Source: Octopus sinensis
Lineage: Eukaryota
Length of the DNA: 15,744 bases
Direction: 5' to 3'
Assembly: GCF_006345805.1 (NCBI RefSeq)
Contig: NC_006353.1
Span: 1 to 15,744 of the forward strand
Shown here: positions 1 to 11,059 of the stretch, piece after piece
How positions within the stretch are numbered: position 1 is the first letter of the stretch
Layout: the number at the start of each line of letters is the position of its first letter
Position numbers and translations under genes: made by a program
The notes under the pieces: model-generated
The model's database searches: none
What the model was told of the DNA's origin: nothing
What the model saw: the letters and a program-made list of their open reading frames with translations, nothing else

Positions 1-780
1 ATGACTCGAAATCCATTTCATTTAGTTGAATTTAGACCCTGACCATTAACAGGATCCATAAGAGCTTTATTTTTAACAACAGGACTTTCCTCATGATTTC
101 ACAATTATGAAAATACCCTTATTTTTTTTGGTTTACTACTTATAATTTTAACCATAATTCAATGATGACGTGATATTATTCGAGAAAGTACATTTCAAGG
201 CTTCCACACATCTAAAGTATATAATGGCCTTCGATGAGGTATAATACTCTTTATTATTTCAGAAGTATGTTTCTTTTTTGCTTTCTTTTGAGCCTATTTC
301 CATAGTAGTTTAGCTCCTAATATAGATATTGGATCATGTTGACCTCCTATTTATATTTTTCCCCTTAATCCTTTCCAAATTCCCTTATTAAATACAGCAA
401 TCTTGTTAGCCTCCGGTGTATCCGTCACCTGAGCACACCATTCACTAATAAATAATGATTTAAAATCCGCAACTCACTCTATAATTATTACTATTTCCTT
501 AGGGTTTTATTTTACAATCCTCCAAATATTAGAGTATATAGAAGCATCATTTTCTATTTCAGATAGAATTTATGGTTCAACTTTCTTTGTAGCAACAGGT
601 TTTCACGGCTTACATGTAATTATTGGATCAACCTTCCTTCTAATATGTTTATTACGAATCTTAATAAATCATTTTTCCTCTTCACACCATTTTGGATTCG
701 AAGCTGCGGCTTGATACTGACATTTTGTAGACGTAGTATGACTATTTTTATATACTTTTGTATATTGATGAGGTTCATAA
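1..780 (+). CDS. cox3: cytochrome c oxidase subunit III
   Basis: ATG at 1, TAA at 778-780. Table-5 translation starts [19 protein letters not shown] and contains [12 protein letters not shown] and [23 protein letters not shown]. Confidence 0.99.
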
Positions 781-798
781 AATAATTATTATTAACTT

Positions 799-866
799 TA
801 TTAAGTGGCTGAAACCAAATAAGCACTAGACTTTTAATCTAGCTATGATTATATAATCCTTAATTG
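799..866 (+). tRNA. trnK: tRNA-Lys (UUU)
   Basis: Anticodon arm ctaga-cttttaa-tctag (TTT at 833-835). Acceptor (t)attaag/cttaat(t). Confidence 0.93.
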
Positions 867-933
867 GTATTATATTTTATATAAGAAAATTTAACTTGCA
901 ATTAAAAAGTAATAACTAATTTATTTAATACCA
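866..933 (+). tRNA. trnA: tRNA-Ala (UGC)
   Basis: Acceptor ggtatta/taatacc. Anticodon arm tttaa-cttgcaa-ttaaa (TGC at 897-899). Confidence 0.94.
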
Positions 934-998
934 TTCAAGAAATGAATTTTCATATATGGTTTCGACCCATAATTAGGTAATATTTTTACCCTTGTTTC
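933..998 (+). tRNA. trnR: tRNA-Arg (UCG)
   Basis: Anticodon arm tatgg-tttcgac-ccata (TCG at 962-964), T stem ggtaa/ttacc. Acceptor is imperfect, so the ends are approximate. Confidence 0.9.
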
Positions 999-1067
999 AG
1001 TGAAAAGCCAAAATAAGCGGCATTTAACTGTTAATTAAAAAACTGAAATATTTTATTTCTTCACTGG
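998..1067 (+). tRNA. trnN: tRNA-Asn (GUU)
   Basis: Acceptor cagtgaa/ttcactg. Anticodon arm tttaa-ctgttaa-ttaaa (GTT at 1030-1032). Confidence 0.95.
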
Positions 1068-1135
1068 AGTATAGCGCCGGAATGAACGGATTATATTGAT
1101 GTTATAAATTATAAGAAAAATTATCTTCTATACTT
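1068..1135 (+). tRNA. trnI: tRNA-Ile (GAU)
   Basis: Acceptor agtatag/ctatact, D stem ccg/cgg. Anticodon arm ttata-ttgatgt-tataa (GAT at 1098-1100). Confidence 0.95.
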
Positions 1136-1486
1136 ATGTATTCTTTTTCTCTATTTGCATTATTTCTTATTATCCTTAATGTTATTTTATTTATTATTAG
1201 ATCATTAATTATATTTAAAAATAATATAAACCGTGAAAAAAATTCTCCTTTTGAATGTGGTTTTGACCCTTCATGATATACTCGATCTCCTTTTTCCATG
1301 CGTTTTTTTTTATTAGCAGTAATTTTTCTAATCTTTGACGTAGAAATCATTTTATTAATACCAATAATTATTAACCTCTTATTTTCACCCTCAACTATTT
1401 ATTTATCATCCTCTATAACTTTCCTCATTATCCTAATTATTGGATTACTTCATGAATGAAATCAAGGATCCTTAAATTGAATATAA
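1136..1486 (+). CDS. nad3: NADH dehydrogenase subunit 3
   Basis: ATG at 1136 directly after trnI, TAA at 1484-1486. Motifs REKNSPFECGFDP, FSMRFFLLAVIFLIFDVEI and HEWNQGSLNW. Confidence 0.98.
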
Positions 1487-1554
1487 GAGTAATAATGTGT
1501 ATATAATAAAGCTGCTAACTTTATTATGAGCAATTCATAATTGTACTACTCTTT
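1485..1554 (+). tRNA. trnS1: tRNA-Ser (GCU, AGN family), no D-arm
   Basis: Acceptor aagagta/tactctt. Extended anticodon stem ataataaag/ctttattat around ctgctaa (GCT at 1514-1516). No paired D stem. Confidence 0.93.
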
Positions 1555-2563
1555 ATGAACAATAAATTTTTCCCTGCCAATTTTATATTTATTATCATAA
1601 TAATCATAGGTACAATTATATTTTTATCATCATCTCATTGGCTAATAATATGAATAGGCTTAGAATTAAATTTAATAGGAATTTTACCCCTAATAAATAT
1701 TAAATCTAAAAATTTTGAAATCGAGAGATCTATAAAATATTTTATTATTCAATCAATAAGATCATCGTTATTTATTAGAAGATCAATCTTTATATATATA
1801 TCTTCAATTTCTATATTCTCAATATTTAATAACTCTTTATTCTCCCCTATTATAATTATTTCTCTACTAATTAAATTGGGAAGAGCTCCTTTTCATTTCT
1901 GACTACCTTCTATATGTAAACAAATAAGATGACTAATATTATTTTTAATTTTAACATGACAAAAATTAGCACCATTATTTATATTGTCTTTCATTAACTT
2001 TAATTATATTATTATAATCCTATCAGCTTTCATAAGTTCTATCTTAGGTAGAATTCAAGCTATTAATCAATCTAGCCTACAATTAATTATAGTATATTCA
2101 TCAATTTCTCATTTAGGATGAATATTACCGATCTGCTTTATCAATAATTTTCTAATATTCAATTATCTACTAATTTATACAATTATTATTCTCCCTATAT
2201 TTATTACATTTTCTATAAAATCAACCTTTTTCACATACTCATTAACAGAACAAAATATATATATAAATAAAGAAAACATCTTCACCATAATATTAATTTT
2301 ATCCCTTGCAGGTATTCCCCCTACATTAGGATTTCTATCAAAACTAATAGTTCTCAACTCACTATTAAATATAAATATGATTTTATTATCTTTATTATTA
2401 TTTATTGGAACCCTTATTAGACTATATTTTTATCTAAATTTAATAATACTACTAATAATCAAATCATTCTTTATATTTAAAACAAATAAAATAATAACAA
2501 ATATAAAATCAATTATATGTTTTAATATATTAGGAACAATTATTTTTATCCCAATATTACTAT

Positions 2564-2592
<29 letters not shown>
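1555..2592 (+). CDS. nad2: NADH dehydrogenase subunit 2 (3' end is either TAA at 2592 or an abbreviated T at 2563)
   Basis: ATG at 1555 directly after trnS1. Motifs WMGLELN, KYFIIQS, KLGSAPFHFW, LTWQKLAP, YSSISHLGW and LSLAGIPPTLGFLSK. First full stop is at 2590-2592, inside cox1. Confidence 0.95.
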
Positions 2593-4096
<1,504 letters not shown>

Positions 4097-4107
4097 TTTA
4101 AAATAAT

Positions 4108-4794
4108 ATGACCCAATGAGGACAATTAGGATTTCAAGATGCAAATTCACCCCTTATAGAACAACTTATTTTTTTCCATGATCACTCTATATTTATTCTA
4201 ATTATCATCCTAACATTAGTTATATATATTACAGTTTTATTAATAACAAACAAATTTTCTTCATTAATAATTACAGAAAGTCAAAAAATTGAAACAATCT
4301 GAACAATCATCCCCAGAATCATCCTACTTTTCCTCGCACTACCATCTTTAAAATTACTTTATTTACTAGATGAATCTATTAATCCACTTCTTACAATTAA
4401 AGCACTAGGACACCAATGATATTGAAGATATGAATATTCAGATTTTATAAATATTGAATTTGATTCATATATAATTCCTTTAAATGAACTAAATGAAGGT
4501 TCATTCCGACTTCTAGAAACAGACCATCATCTAATTATTCCAATAAAAACAAATACTCGAATAATTATTTCATCCGCAGATGTTATTCATTCCTGAACTG
4601 TACCCTCTTTAGGTATTAAAGTAGATGCTATCCCAGGTCGACTAAATCAATTAAACCTTTATTCCAATCGACCTGGATTATATTATGGACAATGCTCTGA
4701 AATTTGTGGAGCAAACCACTCATTTATACCAATTACACTCGAAATCGTAAACATAAACACTTTTAATAACTGACTATTAAATATAAATACATAA
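4108..4794 (+). CDS. cox2: cytochrome c oxidase subunit II
   Basis: ATG at 4108, TAA at 4792-4794. Motifs [29 protein letters not shown] and the CuA motif [15 protein letters not shown]. Confidence 0.99.
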
Positions 4795-4859
4795 AAAGTT
4801 AGTTAATAAAATAACATAAATTTGTCAAATTTAAATTACTATTTTTATAGTACTTTTTA
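4793..4859 (+). tRNA. trnD: tRNA-Asp (GUC)
   Basis: Acceptor aaaaagt/acttttt, D stem gtta/taac, anticodon GTC at 4824-4826. Confidence 0.93.
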
Positions 4860-4860
4860 T

Positions 4861-5016
4861 ATGCCACAACTTTCCCCTTTAAATTGAATTATACTTTTTT
4901 TTCTCTTTTGATTTTTACTTCTCCTTAACTCATCTATCATATGATGAAATAATAAAAATAAATATCATTTAATAGACCAAAAAAAAATAACAAAAAAAAC
5001 AAAATATAACTGATAA
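4861..5016 (+). CDS. atp8: ATP synthase F0 subunit 8
   Basis: Starts MPQLSPLNW, has a hydrophobic middle and a Lys-rich C-terminus ending KYNW. TAA at 5014-5016. Confidence 0.97.
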
Positions 5017-5017
5017 A

Positions 5018-5708
5018 ATGATAGTAGATATTTTTTCTTCATTTGATGATCATAACTCAACAACATTATATCTTCATTCTCTCACATGAATCTTATCCTT
5101 ATGATCTCTCTTTTTTATCAATTCTTCATTCTGAATTTTTCCTTCACTTTTCAACTCCTCTCTAATAATCCCAAAACAAATTATTAACATCCAAATTACT
5201 CGATCTTTTAGAAATAATTTAGGAGGCTTTTCACTCATCATCTCATCATTATTTTTAATAATTATTAATTTTAACCTCTTAGGCTTAATTCCTTATGTAT
5301 TTAGAACTACTAGTCATTTAGCTATATCGTTCTCTCTCTCATTTCCATTATGATTAAGATTAATCATTTCATCCTATCAAAATAATAGCTATTCATCCCT
5401 CGCATCTCTTCTACCTTCAGGTACTCCTTCGTTTCTAATCCCCTTCTTACCTCTAATTGAAATTATAAGTATTAGAGTTCAACCTTTAACTTTAGCAATT
5501 CGAATCGCAGCAAACATTAGAGCTGGACATATTATCTTAACCCTAATCGGTGACTTCTTATCATTTTCATTAATTAATACTTCTATTATCTCAACATCAA
5601 TTGTTTTAATAGTACAAATTGGTTATTTTATCTTTGAAATTGGTATTGCTATTATTCAAGGTTATATTTTCTCTTTATTAATTACTTTATACTCTGATAA
5701 TCACCAAT
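5018..5708 (+). CDS. atp6: ATP synthase F0 subunit 6 (3' end uncertain: abbreviated T at 5708 or read-through to TAA at 5761)
   Basis: ATG at 5018. Motifs MMVDIFSSFDD, NLLGLIPYVFSTTSHL, PLTLAIRIAANISAGH and EIGIAIIQGYIFSLLITLYSDNHQ. No stop at the expected position (TTG at 5708-5710). Confidence 0.93.
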
Positions 5709-5734
5709 TGATAAATCTAAAAAACATTTATTCT

Positions 5735-5801
5735 CACTTAAAGATAATACTACCACCTTAACACCTTCAACGTCATGCTCTTTCAATTAAGCTATTTAAG
5801 T
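5735..5801 (-). tRNA. trnF: tRNA-Phe (GAA)
   Basis: Minus strand: acceptor acttaaa/tttaagt, D stem gct/agc, anticodon arm tgacg-ttgaagg-tgtta (+ strand TTC at 5766-5768). Confidence 0.93.
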
Positions 5802-7494
5802 AAATCATAAAAATAATATAAATAATAATAATTATATTAATATTAAATAAAACAATCATCCACCATTCCATTATATATATAACTTTTTTAATAATTATAA
5901 GTATTCCCTGACCTCCTAATATTTCTAATCATCCTATATCCACCAACTTTAAATTTATATTAGTAATATTCTTTATTATTAATATAAATGGATATCCCCT
6001 TAAAGAAGATATAAACCACATTTTACTATTACACCAATATATTAATCTATAATTAATTTTTAATAATTTACCACCTCATAATCTAAAAGATAATATTAAT
6101 CTAAATAACAATAATATTACTACCAACATTTTATATAATAAAGGTAAAACAATCACTTCATTAAAATGAATAACAATATTTTGTAATATAAATCCCCCAA
6201 ATAAAGCACCTATACACAAAACCACCATTGATACAATAATATATAAATTATCATCCTCCATATTTTCATATACACCTCTTTTTACATCCCCTCATACTAC
6301 ATACATAGATATACGTAATGAATACAATATAGTTAAACATACCCCAAATAACCCAAATAAACTAATCAACATATTAATATCTCTACTTAATAAAATTTCA
6401 ATAATTAAATCTTTCGAATAAAATCCAGCTAAAAACGGAAACCCACATAACGCCATATTCGAGATATTAAGAATAATTCTAGTAAAAGGTAAATTATATC
6501 TAACTCCCTTAATATCTCGAATATCCTGAGCACCACAATAACAATGAATAATATTACCTCCACATAAAAACAACAAAGCCTTAAACATAGCATGAGTATA
6601 TAAATGAAATAAAGCTAATATAGGTATCTTTATTCCCAAAGACATTATTATAACCCCTAATTGTCTTAAAGTCGATAAAGCAATAATTTTTTTTATATCG
6701 TATTCATAAATAGCACAAACCCCCGATATAAAAGTAGTTATAATTGAAATAAACACTATAAAATTACAAAAATAATTTACTTCAACTAAATAATTATAAA
6801 ACCGAATTAATAAATATACCCCCGCTGTAACTAAAGTAGATGAATGTACTAAAGCTGAAACTGGAGTTGGTGCTGCTATAGCAGCAGGTAATCAACTTCT
6901 AAAAGGAATCTGAGCCCTCTTAGTTATTCCAGCAATAACCACAAAAATTATACAAATATCAATAAATCAAAAATATCAAATACATAAATAATTTCAATGT
7001 CCCAATAATGACATAATCCTAATTCCAGCCAAAATAAAACAATCTCCGATCCGATTTATTAATACTGTTAATATACCTGCACTTAGTGATTTATTATTTT
7101 GATAATAAATTACTAAACAAAACGATACTAAACCTAATCCATCTCATCCTAAAATTAAACTAACAAACCTAGGAATAAAAATCAAAAAATTTATAGATAA
7201 AACAAATAACATCAATACCATTATAAAACGCTTAACATTAACATCTCCACTTATATACCTAACTCTAAAAATACATACTGATCTAGAAATCAAACAAACT
7301 AATCTACTAAAACTACAACTAACTCAATCAAATAAAACATCTAATTCAACAAACAACCTTATTACATTAAAAATTTCCCACGAAATAATATAACAATAAT
7401 TATTTAAAATTAAATATATAAATATAATTATAAATATAAAAGAGACTGATATTAACACAACACTAAAAAAAATTTCCAACTTTAATTTATTCAT
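5802..7494 (-). CDS. nad5: NADH dehydrogenase subunit 5
   Basis: ATG at 7494 abuts trnH. The 1693-nt frame ends in an abbreviated T abutting trnF. Motifs [55 protein letters not shown] and GFYSKD. Confidence 0.97.
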
Positions 7495-7558
7495 AGTAAA
7501 ATAAATTAACTTTTTCTCTAAGCCCACAACCTAGTATTTTCACATAAACTAATTTTAC
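7495..7558 (-). tRNA. trnH: tRNA-His (GUG)
   Basis: Minus strand: acceptor gtaaaat/attttac, anticodon arm ctagg-ttgtggg-cttag. Confidence 0.93.
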
Positions 7559-7564
7559 TAATAA

Positions 7565-8908
7565 TTAAAAATCAATACCTCTAATATATCCAATATTCAA
7601 AATAAATATTAATAAAGGAATAATATGTAATACTAACAATAAATTTTCATTCCTTTTATTAACATTTAAAACTTTTATAAATCTTATCATCTGACCATGA
7701 TCTACCGTAACATAAAAAACCAAATTATATAATCCTCCCATAAATACTATTATTAACACAAAAAATAATAAATATAATCTATATATATATATAGAAATAT
7801 ATAACATAATTTCACTAACCAAATTGATAAATGGAGGAGCTCCTATATTACAAATACATAATAAAAACATTAATAAACTCATCATAGGATTATAATTAAT
7901 TATTCCTCCACATAAAAATAATCTTCGTCTATTAATCTTTTCATAAATTAAGTTTCCTAAACAAAATAAACCCGAAGAACATAATCCATGACAAACTATC
8001 ATCAAAATAGCCCCCTCTCAACCAATAATAAACCCTCTAATTATCCCCGCTAATATTACCCCCATATGACCAATAGAAGAATAAGCAATCAATCTTTTTA
8101 TATCCCTCTGACCAACACAAATAACAGAAGTTAATAAACCTCCCCATAAACAAATAACAACCAATAATACTATATGACTACCACCTAAAAACTTAAATAA
8201 CCCCATAAATCGTATAATTCCATACCCACCTAATTTCAATAATACACTTGCCAAAATTATAGACCCAGAAATAGGAGCCTCTACATGAGCTTTAGGTAAT
8301 CACAAATGAAAAAAATAAATTGGTAATTTTACCAAAAAAGCTAATAATAAACCAATAACTCAATATAACCTAATATCATTAATAAACAACAATTTAATTA
8401 AATCTATTCTATATGATCCTTCTTGATATCCCCACAATAATAAACACAATAATAAAGGTAAAGAAGCACTTACTGTATATAATATTATATATATCCCAGC
8501 TTGTAAACGCTCAGGTTGATAGCCCCAACTTAAAATCAACAACAATGTAGGAATTAATGAAACCTCGAAAAATAAATAAAATATAATTAAATTTTCTACC
8601 AAAAAAAACACAATTACTACAAAACATAGTAATAATACACAAAAAGAAAAAAATCTCACCTTATTATTAATCCTTTTTACTGATTTATAACTAGATAATA
8701 ATATTAAACTACTTGTTCAAAATCTTAATAATACCAAAATCATCGATACCTTATCTAAAGAAAAATAAAACTCCCTCACCCCCCTACAATCAATATTTAA
8801 ATATTTTAATCTCATAAAACTAAAAATTAATATAAACCATAAACGCAACTCTCACTTCAACCAAAAATTCAACAACAATAATATAATAATTCCTATTAAT
8901 ATTCCTAT
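7565..8908 (-). CDS. nad4: NADH dehydrogenase subunit 4 (start ATA at 8908 or ATT at 8911)
   Basis: Three in-frame ORF-track fragments join through TGA=Trp. Motifs [32 protein letters not shown] and [12 protein letters not shown] at 7567-7565. Confidence 0.96.
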
Positions 8909-9201
8909 AATTTATAAACTCTTAAACTCATTACGTAATCATTACCATGTAAACGAATAAAACTAACTAATAAAGATAACCCTAAAGAAGCCTCACAAAC
9001 TCCAAAAACAACGACAATAATAACCAAATACAAATTCAATCTTACTACACCCACAGAAAAAAAAAATATAGAAATTACTCTTAATGTCAACACCTCAAAA
9101 CCTAATAAGATATTCAAAATATGTTTCCATTGAAATAATAAAACAAATAAACCACATATATATATATATATTCCTAACAATAAACAATTATTTATAATCA
9201 T
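8905..9201 (-). CDS. nad4L: NADH dehydrogenase subunit 4L
   Basis: ATG at 9201 to TAG at 8905, 98 aa. Motifs HILNILLGFE and VCEASLGLSLLVSFIRLHGNDY. Confidence 0.97.
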   Translation of the reverse strand: MIINNCLLLGIYIYICGLFVLLFQWKHILNILLGFEVLTLRVISIFFFSVGVVRLNLYLVIIVVVFGVCEASLGLSLLVSFIRLHGNDYVMSLRVYKL

Positions 9202-9205
9202 ACAC

Positions 9206-9270
9206 GTTATAATAGTTTATATAAAACATTGGTCTTGTAAACCAAAATTAAATATTTTATTTTTATAACT
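9206..9270 (+). tRNA. trnT: tRNA-Thr (UGU)
   Basis: Acceptor gttataa/ttataac. Anticodon arm ttggt-cttgtaa-accaa (TGT at 9236-9238). Confidence 0.95.
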
Positions 9271-9280
9271 ATTCTTTTAA

Positions 9281-9345
9281 AAGGTTATAAGTGAATCGAA
9301 CACTTATAAAAGGTTTTCAAAACCTATATTTATCCAATATAACCT
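9281..9345 (-). tRNA. trnS2: tRNA-Ser (UGA, UCN family)
   Basis: Minus strand: acceptor aggttat/ataacct, anticodon arm aggt-tttgaaa-acct, T arm aagtg-ttcgatt-cactt. Confidence 0.93.
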
Positions 9346-10483
9346 AATAATCTAATATATATATTCATAATATATCTAAAATAGGTCGAATTAAAAAACA
9401 AGTAAAATATAAAACCCTAAAAATACGACCAATTATTTCATATGGATATTCTACTGGACAACTCCCAATCCATGTTAAAATAAAAAATACACCAATTAAA
9501 AATCAAAAACAAAACTGTCCTAAAAAATTATAACACAAACCTATACATCCTCTAACATGTAAAAATGGACAAATAAACAAAACAACAATAGATATTCCTA
9601 AACTAACTACTCCCCCTAATTTATTAGGAATTGAACGCAGAATAGCATAAGCAAACAAAAAATATCACTCAGGCTTAATATGAATAGGAGTAACTAAAGG
9701 ATTCGCAGGAATAAAATTCTCAGCATCTCCCAATATATTAGGAAATAATAAACTTAACTCAACTAACGCAAATAATATTACAAGAAATCCCAAAATATCT
9801 TTATATGTATGATAATGATGAAAAGGAATCTTATCTAAATCTCTATTTAATCCTAATGGATTATTTGAACCCCCTTCATGTAAAAACAAAAAATGTAAAA
9901 TAACCAACCCCACAATAATAAAAGGAAACAAAAAATGAAAACAAAAAAATCGACTCAAAGTAGCATTATCAACAGAAAATCCTCCTCAAATTCAATATAC
10001 TAAAACCTCCCCAATATATGGAACAACAGATACTAAATTAGTAATTACTGTCGCCCCCCAAAATGATATCTGACCTCAAGGTAAAACATACCCTACAAAC
10101 CCAGTTAATATAACCAAAATATATAATAATACCCCAATATTTCAAGTATAAATACTTATATAAGAACCATAATATAAACCACGACCAATATGTATATATA
10201 AACAAATAAAAAAAAAAGATGCCCCATTAGCATGAATATAACGCAATACTCACCCATAATTAACATCTCGTATAATATGGATTACAGAATCAAAAGAATA
10301 CTCAATACATGATGTATAATGTATAGCAAGAAAAATACCCCTCATCAATTGAATAACTAAACACAAACCTAATAAAGAACCAAAATTTCACCAAATAAAC
10401 AAATTAACAGGTGATGGTAAATCAACTAATGCTCTATTTACAATCTGCAAAACAGGATGAGTTTTTCGTAATGAACTAAGCAT
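9344..10483 (-). CDS. cob: cytochrome b
   Basis: ATG at 10483, TAG at 9346-9344 (1140 nt). Motifs [39 protein letters not shown] and [25 protein letters not shown]. Confidence 0.99.
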
Positions 10484-10988
10484 ATTTATATTTAAATACT
10501 CGTAACGGCCCCTCACAATAATAACAAATTTTAACAACTCTCACCAAAACTAATAACAATAATACACCTAAAAACACATAACAAAAAAAATTAAATCTTC
10601 TTATTAATAAACTTGATATACCTAATCTCAAAAATTTAACCTCCATTATCTTTATTACCCTCATATTAACATCCAAATAATAATATATAGAAATTATATT
10701 CATCAAAAAAAAAGAAAGAAATCCAACCAACATATATATAATTAATCCCTTAGAAAAAAAAATCAAATTAGGAATAAGACTAATAATATATATAAATATT
10801 ACTAATAAACCACCTACATACACCAAAAATAATATATAACCATATCAAGAATAAATAAAAAAAGAAATCAAAATCCTCATAAAAATCCTAACTAATATAA
10901 TTATAAATCCTAATCTCAACGGTTGAATTAAAATAATTAATAAACTAACAATAGAAAACCCTAACGAAAAATATATTATCAATACCAT
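10476..10988 (-). CDS. nad6: NADH dehydrogenase subunit 6
   Basis: ATG at 10988, TAG at 10478-10476 (513 nt). Motifs [24 protein letters not shown] and GPLR near the C-terminus. Confidence 0.96.
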
Positions 10989-10989
10989 A

Positions 10990-11056
10990 TCAAAAAATAA
11001 AATATCATTTTAATCTATAACTTCCAATGTTATTATTTTAATTAAACTATTTTTTG
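10990..11056 (-). tRNA. trnP: tRNA-Pro (UGG)
   Basis: Minus strand: acceptor caaaaaa/ttttttg, anticodon arm ataac-attggaa-gttat (+ strand CCA at 11024-11026). Confidence 0.92.
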
Positions 11057-11059
11057 GAT

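Noticed and set aside
781-798. 18-nt cox3-trnK spacer with palindrome aataattatt
   Set aside because: Short all-A/T palindromes are expected by chance at this composition.
620-826. Minus-strand 68-aa ORF from the track
   Set aside because: Antisense shadow of the cox3 3' end and trnK, with no recognisable motif.
1102-1350. Minus-strand 82-aa ORF
   Set aside because: Antisense to nad3/trnI. Its Lys/Asn/Ile-rich composition simply mirrors the T-rich sense codons.
2175-2357. Minus-strand 60-aa ORF
   Set aside because: Antisense shadow of nad2.
5471-5520. Gln instead of Arg before PLTLAIR in Atp6
   Set aside because: The essential Arg in the downstream R-x-x-A-N motif is intact, and Gln occurs at the upstream position in other animals such as human (IQPMALAVRLTAN).
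7495-7527. Upstream extension of nad5 to a GTG at 7527, as in the ORF track
   Set aside because: It runs through trnH. The ATG at 7494 abuts the tRNA exactly.
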